Positions 9,682-19,435 of a DNA stretch of 64,000 nt are shown piece by piece; the stretch's first letter is position 1, and each line of letters begins with the position of its first letter. This DNA comes from an uncultured Armatimonadetes bacterium (GTDB lineage: Bacteria > Armatimonadota > Hebobacteria > Hebobacterales > Hebobacteraceae), in the NCBI GenBank assembly GCA_963716175.1, contig OY970296.1, positions 2,688,001 to 2,752,000 on the forward strand, given 5' to 3'. The notes under the pieces were generated by a model, which worked only from the letters and a program-made list of their open reading frames with translations, was not told where the DNA came from and ran no database searches. A program made the position numbers and the translations under genes.

Positions 9682-10998
9682 ATGGGACGTTTGGCGCCTA
9701 TCGCACCGGAAACCACGGCATTCGTCTTCCTCTCCTTCGAAGGTCCAGACCGTTATTCGATGGCTGGGGGACTGGGCACCCGGATCACCCACCTTACCCA
9801 AGCGCTCGCCCATGCCGGCTATGAGACCCACCTCTGCTTCGTGGGAGACCCCGAGGCGCCGGGCGAGGAACACTGCGAAGACGGGCGGCTGGTGCTGCAT
9901 CGCTGGTGCCAATGGATCAGCAGGTACTACCCGCTTGGGGTCTATCAGGGTGAGGAGGGGAAGCGCTACGACTTCACGGACATGATCCCTCACTACATCG
10001 CCGACACCCTGATGCCACATCTCCTCTCAGCGGGCAAGCAGGTGGTGATCCAGGGAGAGGAGTGGCAGACGGCCGAGGCCCTCTGCGCCGCCTCGGACCT
10101 GCTGCACTGGCGGGGCCTGCGGGATCGTGCCTTCTTCGCCTGGAACGCCAACAACGATAACGGGTTCGAGCGCGTTAACTGGGGGAGGCTCTCCTATGTG
10201 GCGCTGCTCACCACCGTCAGCCGCTACATGAAGCATCGCATGTGGCAGGAAGGCGTGGACCCCGTGGTGATCGGTAACGGCATCGCGGAGTCCATGCTGG
10301 AGGCGCCTGCGCCCGAGGCGGCCGAGGCCCTGCGCCGGGCCCTCCATGGTGACACCTTGCTGTTCAAGGTGGCGCGCTTCGACCCGGACAAGCGCTGGGA
10401 CATGGCCCTGGGGGCGGTGGCCGAGATGCGCCGGCGGGGCCGCCGGCCCACCCTGTTGATGAGGGGAGGAGCCGAGCCCCACGGCGCCGAGGTGCTGGCG
10501 CGGGCGGCCCAGCAGGGCCTGCGGGTGTCACCGGTATGGCGGAACGGCGCGGACGGCGAGAGCACGGAGGCATATCTGGCGGCGATTGCGCAGGCGGATG
10601 GCGCGGATGTGATTGACCTGCGTTTCTTCCTGCCCGACAACCTGGTGCGGCTGGGATACCGCGCTGCAGACGCGGTGCTGGCGAACAGCGGGCACGAGCC
10701 CTTCGGCCTGGTGGGCCTGGAGGCGATGGCGGCCGGGGGCATTGCCTTCACTGGGGCTACCGGGGAAGAGTACGCCCGGCATCTCGAGAACGCAGTTGTG
10801 CTCCAGACCAGCGACCCCCGCGAGATTGTCTACTACCTGGAATGGCTGCGCGCTAAGCCGGAGGTGAGCGCCGCGCTGAGAGCGGAGGGGCGGCGGACCG
10901 CTGAACGGCACACCTGGCCCAAGGTCATCACACAGTTGATGGCCGCGCTGGAGTGCGGCTTGTCCGATCGCTTCCCATCTTCTGAGGCGGCACCCTAG
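9682..10998 (+). CDS. Glycosyltransferase family 4 (GT-B)
   Basis: SFEGPDRYSMAGGLG; KVARFDPDKR; intact E-x7-E motif in HEPFGLVGLEAMAAG. Confidence 0.9.
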   Translation: MGRLAPIAPETTAFVFLSFEGPDRYSMAGGLGTRITHLTQALAHAGYETHLCFVGDPEAPGEEHCEDGRLVLHRWCQWISRYYPLGVYQGEEGKRYDFTDMIPHYIADTLMPHLLSAGKQVVIQGEEWQTAEALCAASDLLHWRGLRDRAFFAWNANNDNGFERVNWGRLSYVALLTTVSRYMKHRMWQEGVDPVVIGNGIAESMLEAPAPEAAEALRRALHGDTLLFKVARFDPDKRWDMALGAVAEMRRRGRRPTLLMRGGAEPHGAEVLARAAQQGLRVSPVWRNGADGESTEAYLAAIAQADGADVIDLRFFLPDNLVRLGYRAADAVLANSGHEPFGLVGLEAMAAGGIAFTGATGEEYARHLENAVVLQTSDPREIVYYLEWLRAKPEVSAALRAEGRRTAERHTWPKVITQLMAALECGLSDRFPSSEAAP

Positions 10999-12176
10999 TG
11001 GCTCAAGCGTTCGTCCTCTACACCGCGATACACGAGCCTGTGCCGCTTCGCCTACCTTCGGTGCCGCCGCCTGCGGCAGCAAGGCCGGAGGACCTGGAGC
11101 GGTGCATCTTCGACCTGCGCGCGGCCGAGCTGGCCTTCCGCGAGGTGATCGCGCCGGCCTACGGCCCTGCCTTGCGGGAGACCTGCGCCCTGGCTGAGCG
11201 GGGAGTGTCGCTCTCGGTATCGGTCTCTGCTGCTTTCATGGAGATGAGCCGGCGCTGGAGCCCGGAGCTGGTGAGGCCCACCCGCCGCCTGCTGCGCGCC
11301 GCTTGCGTCGAGCCGGTGGCGTCTGATCCGCAGGGCGGCCTGCTCTTCGCCTTCGACATCGAGCGCTTCATGCGCAACCTGGCGAGAGCGCGGGAGGCAT
11401 TGGGGAGGTTGGCGAGACGGCCGGTGACTGCAGCCGAGGTGAGCGGCTTCTGCCTCAACCACGAGATCTATCACGCCTTTCGCCAGCTTGGCTTCGCCGC
11501 CGCGGCCGCGGAAGGGGAGGACCGCGCTACCCAGGGGCGCCATCCCTGCCATTCCGCGCGCTGGGGAGAGGGCCCTCTCATTGCTTACCGGCTGCAGTGG
11601 CTCTCGGATGAGCTGCGCTACCAGCTGCGGAGTGGAGGGCATGACCCGGGCAAGCTCGCCCACACCATTGCCAGCTTGCCCGGCGAGGTGGCGCTGGTGT
11701 CCTTTGACTTCGACTCTCTCGCCTTCGGCACGGGTGGCGCGGCGCGCGCTGCGGGCCTGCTGGGCGCTCTGGCCGAGGCCTGCATCGAGCGCGAGTGCGA
11801 GCCCCTCAACCTGAGCGAGGCGGCGCTGCGATTTGCCTCCCGCGCGGTGGAGCACGCCCCGCCGGTCACCACCGTTGTCTCTGGGTTGTCCATCGAAGAC
11901 CTGGGGCGGGACGGCTGGGTTGAAAGGCTGCTTTTCGGGCGGATGCAGCAGGCCTACCAGATCAGCCGGCTGGTCGAGGGCCGTGGTGTGCGCCGCGTCG
12001 GGGAGTGGCTGCTGCAGAGGACCAACCTCTCGCTGCCCCGCCTGGCGGTGGATGGAGAGGGCCGCCCCCCCAGCTACTGGCGCACGCGCTGGTGGCAGAC
12101 CAATCCCAGTTACGACGACACCGCCGAGCAGACGCTGGCGGTTTACGATAACTTCATCCGCGCCGCGAGTGGCTAG
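10998..12176 (+). CDS. GH57-family homolog, probably catalytically inactive
   Basis: Colinear with the GH57 at 16048 (AIHEP vs VVHQP; LSDELRY vs LSDDVGY; VYDNFI vs VYENFI), but the nucleophile Glu position aligns to Gly (AEVSGF vs TDTTEM). Confidence 0.7.
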   Translation: MAQAFVLYTAIHEPVPLRLPSVPPPAAARPEDLERCIFDLRAAELAFREVIAPAYGPALRETCALAERGVSLSVSVSAAFMEMSRRWSPELVRPTRRLLRAACVEPVASDPQGGLLFAFDIERFMRNLARAREALGRLARRPVTAAEVSGFCLNHEIYHAFRQLGFAAAAAEGEDRATQGRHPCHSARWGEGPLIAYRLQWLSDELRYQLRSGGHDPGKLAHTIASLPGEVALVSFDFDSLAFGTGGAARAAGLLGALAEACIERECEPLNLSEAALRFASRAVEHAPPVTTVVSGLSIEDLGRDGWVERLLFGRMQQAYQISRLVEGRGVRRVGEWLLQRTNLSLPRLAVDGEGRPPSYWRTRWWQTNPSYDDTAEQTLAVYDNFIRAASG

Positions 12177-12252
12177 GCCCGCCTGCGGCGGGCCGCCATG
12201 GCGGTTGCTGCTGGCGACCTAGCCACCGGCACGCACGGGGGGAGGTATTCGC

Positions 12253-13410
12253 GTGAAAGTCGCTATGCTGAGCTGGGAATCGCTGCACTCGATCCCGGTA
12301 GGAGGAATGGCAGCCCATGTCACGGAGCTGGCGGCCTCCCTCGAGCGCAAGGGGCACGAAGTGCACGTGTTCACGCGCATGGGCAACAACCAGCCGCACT
12401 ACGACCGCGTTGACGGGGTGCACTACCACCGCTGCCCGGTCGATCCAAACCGGGATTTCGTGGAGGAGACACTCAACTTCTGCCGTTCCCTCACCCACCA
12501 CGTCCTCGCCACCGAGGATTACATCGGGCCCTTCGATCTGGTTCACGGGCACGATTGGCTCACCGGCCCCGCGCTGACCTGGATCAAGCGGGGCCGGGGA
12601 CGGCGCACCGCCTGGACCGTGCACGCTACCGAGTACGGCCGCTGCGGCAATCGTTTCTTCGGGGGCAACTCCGAGCGCATCCGCGGCATCGAGCGGGAGA
12701 CCGGGTGGGTGGCGGACCGGGTGCTGGCGGTGTCCAACGCCATCCGGGGCGAGGTGATGTGGATGTACGAGTTCCCGGATGACAAGATCCGGGTGGTCTA
12801 CAATGGCGTCAGCCCCCACAAGTGGGGCCGCTGGCTCGACCCCGGCGCGGTGAAGCGGCGCTATGGCATCGGGCCCCTGGAGCCGACCGTGCTCTACACC
12901 GGGCGCATGGCCTACCAGAAAGGACCGGATCTGCTGGCGGAGGCGGTGCCGATGGTGCTCGACAGCTACCGCAACGCCAAGTTCATCTTCGTGGGGGATG
13001 GCGATATGCGCGGGCACGTGGAGGGGCGGGCCCGCCACAACGGCGGCGGGGGCGCCTCGCGCTTTCTCGGCTACATCTCCGAGGACGAGCTGATCAACCT
13101 CTACAACGCCTGCGACGTGGTGTGCGTGCCCTCCCGGAACGAGCCCTTCGGCATCGTGGTGCTGGAGGCCTGGTCGGCCGGCAAGCCGGTGGTGGTGACC
13201 CACAGCGGCGGCCCCGATGAGTTCGTCTGGCACGACGTCAACGGCTACTTGGTCTACCAGAACCCCCAATCCATCGCCTGGGGATTGGGGACGATGATGA
13301 GGGACTGGGATCACGCCCGCTGGATGGGGCACAACGGCCGCATCTCGGTCGAGACCGCTTTTCACTGGGACCGGATCGCAGACCAGACTCTGGGGGCCTA
13401 CTGGAACTAG
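12253..13410 (+). CDS. Glycosyltransferase family 4, possible alpha-glucan (glycogen) synthase
   Basis: SWESLHSIPVGG, HGHDW, GRMAYQKG, RNEPFGIVVLEAW; GGAGG RBS. Confidence 0.9.
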   Translation: MKVAMLSWESLHSIPVGGMAAHVTELAASLERKGHEVHVFTRMGNNQPHYDRVDGVHYHRCPVDPNRDFVEETLNFCRSLTHHVLATEDYIGPFDLVHGHDWLTGPALTWIKRGRGRRTAWTVHATEYGRCGNRFFGGNSERIRGIERETGWVADRVLAVSNAIRGEVMWMYEFPDDKIRVVYNGVSPHKWGRWLDPGAVKRRYGIGPLEPTVLYTGRMAYQKGPDLLAEAVPMVLDSYRNAKFIFVGDGDMRGHVEGRARHNGGGGASRFLGYISEDELINLYNACDVVCVPSRNEPFGIVVLEAWSAGKPVVVTHSGGPDEFVWHDVNGYLVYQNPQSIAWGLGTMMRDWDHARWMGHNGRISVETAFHWDRIADQTLGAYWN

Positions 13411-13412
13411 CC

Positions 13413-14605
13413 ATGCCCAGACTCTACCACGCTCTTGGCTTCCACATGCACCAGCCGCCGGGAAACCTGGAGCTGCTCTGGCGCCACCACGAGTGGGAGG
13501 CGCGGCAGATCGCGCTCTGCTATCAACGGCCTCTCAAGTACGCCCAGCGTTTCGCCGGGTCGGGACGCTTCCATGTGGATTTCTCTGGCATCTTGCTCGA
13601 GCAATTCCTCGACCCGGTGATCCAGAACCTCTATCGGGAAGTGGTGGACTTCGAAGCTATGCTCGCTGGCTATCGCGAGACGGAGAACATCGAGCTGCTC
13701 TCCACCGGATACTACCACCCGATCTTCCCACTCATCCCCGAGCACGATTGGCCGGACCAGCTCCAGCGCTCCATTGACCAGATGGTGCGGGTCTTCGGCC
13801 GCCGCCCGCGAGGCTTCTGGCCCCCGGAGATGGCCTTCTCCATGGAGTTGATCCCGGCCTTGGCGAAGGCTGGGTTCGAGTACGTGGTGGTGGACAATGT
13901 GCATGTGATGCCGGAGGAGGACGCCGACCAGGAGGACGCGGCCACCCAGCCCTATCGCGCCAGCCATCTGGGGGAGGAGATAGTGGTGATCCCGCGCCAC
14001 CGCGACCTATCGAACGCCCAGGAAAGCGGGCTGTCTCCCTCCTGGCTAGCCGACCAGATCGCGCAGCGCGCCGGCCGCGTGCAGAGCCCGGCCCTGTTCA
14101 CCACCTGGTCTGACGGTGAGAACGGAGGTTGGTTCCGCCAGATGGCGGAGGAGGCCGGGTTCTGGGGTCATTTCTACGCTCCCTACATGGAGCAGGTGGA
14201 GGCCGGAAGCTTTCCCTCCGGCCCACCTTGATCAGCGAATACCTGGCCCAGCATCCTGCCCAGCGGGTGGCGGAGGTGAGGACAGGAGCCTGGAATGTCG
14301 GCACCACAGGCGGATTCGATTTCTCGCAGTGGGCGGGCAGCCCGACACAGAAGGCCGCCCTAGAAGAGGTGTGGCAGACCAGCCTGCACTACCATCACCT
14401 GGCGCGGAAGCTGGAATCTCTGCGCCAGCAGGGCAAAGCCTCGGAGGAAGCCGGGGTTCTGCTTCGGTCGGCGCGGGAGTCGCTGCTGCAGGCCGAGACC
14501 TCCTGCTACTTCTTCTGGGGCGATAGCTGGACACCGAAGGCGCGGGAGCATGTGAGGCGCGCCGAGCAGGCGCTGCAAAGGGCGCGGGAACTGGTGAGCG
14601 CATGA
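13413..14605 (+). CDS. GH57 glycoside hydrolase; apparent 1-bp frameshift near 14215
   Basis: HMHQP, GYYHPIFP, GFWPPEM, SDGENGGW in ORF 13413..14231; AETSCYFFW in ORF 14129..14605. One extra C in TTTCCCTCC restores the frame. Confidence 0.85.
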
Positions 14606-14615
14606 GGAGTCTGCG

Positions 14616-15827
14616 GTGAGAATCGCACTCATATCCTGGGAGAGTCTGGGGGGCCCGGCCTGGACGGAGGTGGCGCAGCTGGTGAGCGAGACCGCGCTCG
14701 CCCTCTCCGCCCGTGGCCCCGAGGTCCATGTCTTCACCGGCCGGGGCCCCGGGCAGTCGGCGGACGCCGAGCTCGACGGGGTGCGCTACCACCGCTGCGC
14801 GCACGACCCCGATGCCGACCCCTACGAAGAGACGGTCAACTTCGGGCGGGCGGTGCTTCACCGGATCGGCAAGGTGGAGCCAAGCGGCCGCTTCGGGGTG
14901 GTGCACGGGTTCGAGTGGCCCGCCGCCGGCGTGCTCGGGGAGTTGCGCCGGGAGGGCGGCCGGGTGACGGCATGGTCGTTCCTTCACCCCCACCAGGACT
15001 GGCGGCCCCCACTCTGGCTGCTCGCTCAGCCGGATTCCGAGTCCCGCTGGAGCTACAGCCCGGATGATTTCGCGGACCGGGTGATCGCGCCCTCCTCGCC
15101 GGCGAGGGCCGAGTTTCTGGACCGCTGGAGCATGCCTGCGGAACGCGTCGAGGTGGTTCATCCCGGCGTCAACCCGGGCTGGCCTGGCAACCCGGTGGAC
15201 CCGGCCCGGGTGAAAGCAGGCTACGGCTTCGACGTCCTCGACCCAGTGCTGCTCTTCATCGGCGCGCTCACCCCGAAAGCCCGCCCAGGCTTGCTGCTGG
15301 AGGCGATGCCGCTCGTGCTCGATCAGCACCCGAAGGCGAGAGTGGTGTTCGCGGGGGAGGGCGAGCTGGCCGGGTTCCTGGCCGACCGCGCGCGGGTGCT
15401 GGGGATCGAGTCCGCGGTGCGCCTGCCCGGGGAGCTGCCGGCCTCGGAGCTGGCGAAGCTCTGTCGCTCCTGCGATGTGGTATGTCTGCCCCAGCGCTCG
15501 CAGGCCCTGCACTCGCCCGTGCTCCAGGCCTGGTCGGCGAGCAAACCCGTGGTGATCACACGATCTCACTCCGCGGCCGCTTTCGTCTGGCCCGAGATCA
15601 CCGGCTATCTGGCCGACGAGTCGGGCGAGGGATTGGCGGCCGCCCTGCTGTGGATGTTCTCCGATTTCGATCGCTGCCGCTGGATGGGGGAGAACGGCCG
15701 GCGGGCGGTGGAGGACGCCTTCGGCTGGCCGGCCATCGCGGCTCATCTGCTGGATTGCTACCGGCGGGCGGCGGCGGAGGGGAGGCTGAGCACGGCCCTG
15801 GACCTGCCCACGGGAGGACGAGCATGA
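14616..15827 (+). CDS. GT4 paralog with degenerate donor-binding and catalytic motifs (pseudo-glycosyltransferase)
   Basis: Full-length paralog of 12253 (SWESL, DGVRYHRC, AWSA.KPVV.T, RWMG.NGR), but EPFGIVVLE is replaced by QALHSPVLQ and GR...QKG by GA...KAR. Confidence 0.8.
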   Translation: MRIALISWESLGGPAWTEVAQLVSETALALSARGPEVHVFTGRGPGQSADAELDGVRYHRCAHDPDADPYEETVNFGRAVLHRIGKVEPSGRFGVVHGFEWPAAGVLGELRREGGRVTAWSFLHPHQDWRPPLWLLAQPDSESRWSYSPDDFADRVIAPSSPARAEFLDRWSMPAERVEVVHPGVNPGWPGNPVDPARVKAGYGFDVLDPVLLFIGALTPKARPGLLLEAMPLVLDQHPKARVVFAGEGELAGFLADRARVLGIESAVRLPGELPASELAKLCRSCDVVCLPQRSQALHSPVLQAWSASKPVVITRSHSAAAFVWPEITGYLADESGEGLAAALLWMFSDFDRCRWMGENGRRAVEDAFGWPAIAAHLLDCYRRAAAEGRLSTALDLPTGGRA

Positions 15828-16042
15828 AATGCTGGTTCTGCGAGAGTGAAGCGCGGGGAACCTGCGCCGCCTGTGGGCGGGGCCTGTGCCATCAGCACGC
15901 TCACATTCACGACGAATTCACCATCGCCAAGAGCGATACCAGCACCGGCTACACCAGCTACTACAACGTCTACGGCGCACTCAAGTGCCAGGACTGCCGC
16001 CTCGAGTGGAAGCATCACATCCCGGAGAGGCAACAGGGGTAG
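15824..16042 (+). CDS. Small Cys/His-rich zinc-finger protein (72 aa, DUF2180/B-box-like pattern)
   Basis: GGAGG RBS; ATGA overlap with upstream stop; MKCWFC..RGTCAACGRGLCHQH...LKCQDC. Confidence 0.75.
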   Translation: MKCWFCESEARGTCAACGRGLCHQHAHIHDEFTIAKSDTSTGYTSYYNVYGALKCQDCRLEWKHHIPERQQG

Positions 16043-16047
16043 GCCGC

Positions 16048-17349
16048 ATGCCAGAGGCCGCCGTCATCTATGCTGTTGTCCACCAGCCGCGGCGACCGCG
16101 GCTGCCGGCCGCGCCCCTGTCCCCCGACCTCTCCCCGGCCGAGCTGGCCGATGCCATCTTCGACGAGCCGCTGAACCGCCGCTATTTCCGCAAGGTGGCT
16201 CGCTACTGCTACCACCCCGCGGTAGAGGAGTTCCAGTCGCACCTGGAAGCCGGGCTGAAGCTCAACCTGGGCTTCTCCTTCTCTTTCCTGCGCCAGGCCC
16301 AGGCTTGGGACCCGGGCCTGGTGGACAAGCTCCGCCGCCTGGTCTCCCATCCCAATGTCGAGCTGATCGGCGTCGAGCCCTACCACTCGTTTCTGTTCTG
16401 GCTCGACCTGGAGCACTTCCGCCAGCGCATGGCCTGGATGAGGGAGGCGCTGGGGGACTTCTTCGGCAAGCGGCCGCTGATCACCGACACCACGGAGATG
16501 ATCGTCGCCAACGAGATCTACGTCGCGCTGGAGTCGCTGGGTTTCCACGGCGTGCTGGCGGAGGGTCGTCGCCAGCTGCTGGAGTGGCGCTCACCGGCCT
16601 ATCTCTATCGGCCGCCAGGGCACACGCTCTGGCTGCTGCCTCGCCACAACGCCCTGAGCGATGACGTCGGGTATCGCTTTTCCAACAAGCAGTGGGACGG
16701 CTATCCGCTCCGTGCCAGCACTTACGCGCGTTGGGTGCGGGACACCGGGGGAGACTTCGCGCTGCTGGGCTGGGACTTCGAGACCTTCGGCGAGCACCAC
16801 AACGTGGACAGCGGCATCTTCGAGTTCCTCCGCTGGCTGCCGGGCGAGCTGAGATACCACGGCGTGACCACCCTGGGCGCCAGCGAAGCCCTGGCGCGGT
16901 TCGGCGATCGGGCGCACGAGCTGGAGCTGCCGGTCCCCGCCACCACCTGGGCGGGCAAGGGCGACATGTCGTTCTTCCTGGGCAACCCGGTGCAGCAGGA
17001 GCTGTTTCACCTCATGCGCCACGCCTACCAACTGGCCGTGCTGAGCGGCGACCCGGAGCTGCTGGACATCGCGCTCTGGCTCTGTCAGTCGGACAACCTG
17101 CACGTGTTGGAGTGGTACGAGGAGTTCAGCTCGGAGGCGGAGGTGGCCGCCTACTTCACGGCTGACGAGTGGTGGCGGCTCGGCCACGAGCGGCTGCCGC
17201 GCGAGCTGCGCCAGGTCTACGAGAACTTCATCCTCGCGGTCTCGGCGCGGCTGGCGAAGCGGCCCGCGGAGAGCCGACTCACCGCCGAGGAGGCGGCCCC
17301 CGAGCTATTCCGGGCAGCGGCCGCCCAGGCCTCGTTCGCGTTGCGCTAG
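16048..17349 (+). CDS. GH57 alpha-amylase-type glycoside hydrolase
   Basis: HQP, GVEPYHS, DTTEM (nucleophile), SDDVGYRFS, WDFETFGEH (acid/base), QSDNLH. Confidence 0.9.
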   Translation: MPEAAVIYAVVHQPRRPRLPAAPLSPDLSPAELADAIFDEPLNRRYFRKVARYCYHPAVEEFQSHLEAGLKLNLGFSFSFLRQAQAWDPGLVDKLRRLVSHPNVELIGVEPYHSFLFWLDLEHFRQRMAWMREALGDFFGKRPLITDTTEMIVANEIYVALESLGFHGVLAEGRRQLLEWRSPAYLYRPPGHTLWLLPRHNALSDDVGYRFSNKQWDGYPLRASTYARWVRDTGGDFALLGWDFETFGEHHNVDSGIFEFLRWLPGELRYHGVTTLGASEALARFGDRAHELELPVPATTWAGKGDMSFFLGNPVQQELFHLMRHAYQLAVLSGDPELLDIALWLCQSDNLHVLEWYEEFSSEAEVAAYFTADEWWRLGHERLPRELRQVYENFILAVSARLAKRPAESRLTAEEAAPELFRAAAAQASFALR

Positions 17350-17383
17350 GCCGGCCCAGTCCATCTCCTGCGGAGGCAGACCT

Positions 17384-19408
17384 GTGCCGCGGATTGACTT
17401 CGCCTTTTGCCTGCATAGCCATCAGCCCGCGGGCAACCTCGAGTTCGTGGTGGAGAACGCCTACGAGAAGGCCTACCGCCCCTTCCTGGAGGTGGTTCGG
17501 CGCCATCCCGAGGTGAGAGTCGTGCTTCACTACTCCGGCGCGCTGCTCACCTGGTTTGAGTCTCATCGCCCGGAGGCGCTGGAGATCATCCGCGGGCTGG
17601 TGTCCGAGGGCCACGCCGAACTCATGACGGGCGGCTTCTACGAGCCTATCCTGCCCATCATCCCCGACCGGGACAAGCTGGGCCAGATCGGCGCGCTCAC
17701 TAGCTATCTCGAGCCGCGGTTCGGGACTCACCCCAAAGGCCTGTGGCTGACCGAGCGCGTGTGGGAGCCGGATCTGGTATCGCCCCTGGTCCGCGCTGGC
17801 GTCTGCTACACCATCGCGGATGACAACAACTTCCAGCTCGCCGGGATCTCCGAGCAGCACGGCCTCGGTCACTTCAGCGTGAATGGATCAGAGGGTGAGG
17901 GCCTTCAGGTCTTCCCCATCAACGGCTCGCTCCGCCGCGCCATCCCGTTTCAACCCCCGGAGGCGGTGATAGAGCTGCTCGCGCACCTGGGCAGGCTGCC
18001 GGCCGGCTGGCAGGCCGGGAATGGGAATCGCTTGGCGCTGTTCGCCGACGATGGGGAGAAGCTAGGTGAATGGCCCGGGACTCACCAACTGGTATACTCC
18101 GAGGGTTGGCTGGAGCGCTTCTTCCGGCTGCTGGCAGACAACCGGGACTGGATACACATGACCACTTTGGCCCAGCACCTGGAGCAGGTTCCTGCTTTGG
18201 GCCGGGTGGCGCTGCCGGCCGGATCCTATCCGGAGATGATGGAATGGTCGGGCGGGTCTTGGCGCAATTTCCTCGCGCGCTACCCCGAGAGCAATCTGAT
18301 GTACCGCAAGATGCTCCAGGTCAGCGACGCGGTGGCGAAGATGACAGACCCCCCGGATCAGGTCGCCCGGGCGCGGGACTATCTCTACCGGGGCCAGTCC
18401 AACTGCCCCTACTGGCACGGCGTGTTTGGCGGCCTCTACTTGCTGCACCTGCGGACGGACAACTATCGCAGCCTGCTCACCGCCGAGAAGCTCGCCAACC
18501 CGGGCCAGGGGCTGCAGGTCGAGCAAGTGGACTTCGACGGTGACGGCCAAGAGGAAACACTGGTCAGCTCGCCGCGCCTCAACTGCTACCTGCACCGCAC
18601 CGGCGGCCAGATATTCGAGCTGGATCACCGCGCCCTGGCCTGGAACCTGCTGGCCACGCTGGCTCGCCAGCGAGAGCGCTATCACGAGCAGAGCGGGGAC
18701 GGCGACTATGATTGGTATCTCCGCCGAGCGCTGATAGATCACTTCCTCCGCGATGGAACCAATGCGGAGGACTTCGCCCGCTGCCGATACGGGGAGCAGG
18801 GAGACTTCGTCAACCAACCCTACGAATTCGTAGGGCAGGTCCGCGACCTGCCCCGGCCATCGGACCGCGAACGCGAGGCGGTCATCACGCTCCGGCGGCA
18901 GGGCGGAGTGTGGGTGGGGCAGGAGTTTCTTCCGGTCACGATCACCAAGCGCCTGGCCTTCGGCCCCGACTCGCCAACCGTCGGCCTGGAGTACCAGATC
19001 GAGTGGCTAGGCGGAGCCGCCAGCCCGGCCCAGGGTGCGCAGGGTCAGTCCGCCAGCGAGTCCCTTCCGCTCTGGTTCGCCTGCGAGAGCACCTTCGTGC
19101 TCTCCTCCAGTGACCCACAAGAGCGCTACTATCAGGTCAATGGGTCCAGCAGTAGGCTCCCGCTCTCCTCCCGGGGCAGCCACAGTGGCGTGCGCGAGAT
19201 CGCCTTCATGGATGAGTGGCTGGGCGGCGGGGTGAGGCTGCACTTCGCGCAGCCGACGGAGGTCTGGGTATTCCCGGTCGAGACCGTGTCCCAGGGCCTG
19301 GAGGGTCCCCGGCGGTCCTACCAGGGCAGTTGCGTGGCCGCTCACTGGCGCCTGAACCTGCGCCGCGGCCAGCCGTGGGGGACATCGTTCAGCATCATGC
19401 TGCTGTAG
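17384..19408 (+). CDS. GH57 4-alpha-glucanotransferase/alpha-amylase (AmyA-like, with C-terminal beta-sandwich)
   Basis: HSHQPAGN, GGFYEPIL, WLTERVWEP, DDGEKLGEWPGT, WRNFL.RYPESN, QSNCPYWHGVFGGLY. Confidence 0.9.
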   Translation: MPRIDFAFCLHSHQPAGNLEFVVENAYEKAYRPFLEVVRRHPEVRVVLHYSGALLTWFESHRPEALEIIRGLVSEGHAELMTGGFYEPILPIIPDRDKLGQIGALTSYLEPRFGTHPKGLWLTERVWEPDLVSPLVRAGVCYTIADDNNFQLAGISEQHGLGHFSVNGSEGEGLQVFPINGSLRRAIPFQPPEAVIELLAHLGRLPAGWQAGNGNRLALFADDGEKLGEWPGTHQLVYSEGWLERFFRLLADNRDWIHMTTLAQHLEQVPALGRVALPAGSYPEMMEWSGGSWRNFLARYPESNLMYRKMLQVSDAVAKMTDPPDQVARARDYLYRGQSNCPYWHGVFGGLYLLHLRTDNYRSLLTAEKLANPGQGLQVEQVDFDGDGQEETLVSSPRLNCYLHRTGGQIFELDHRALAWNLLATLARQRERYHEQSGDGDYDWYLRRALIDHFLRDGTNAEDFARCRYGEQGDFVNQPYEFVGQVRDLPRPSDREREAVITLRRQGGVWVGQEFLPVTITKRLAFGPDSPTVGLEYQIEWLGGAASPAQGAQGQSASESLPLWFACESTFVLSSSDPQERYYQVNGSSSRLPLSSRGSHSGVREIAFMDEWLGGGVRLHFAQPTEVWVFPVETVSQGLEGPRRSYQGSCVAAHWRLNLRRGQPWGTSFSIMLL

Positions 19409-19431
19409 GGTGGGCGCAGGGCCGCCCTGCA
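19403..19431 (+). repeat. GTAG-type REP-like hairpin supplying the GH57 stop codon, between convergent genes
   Basis: CTGTAGGGTGG...CCGCCCTGCA stem-loop; TAG 19406-19408 is the stop. Confidence 0.45.
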
Positions 19432-19435
19432 AAAC

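Noticed and set aside
14232-15746. 504-aa minus-strand ORF
   Set aside because: Antisense to the GH57 and GT4 genes; no recognisable domain.
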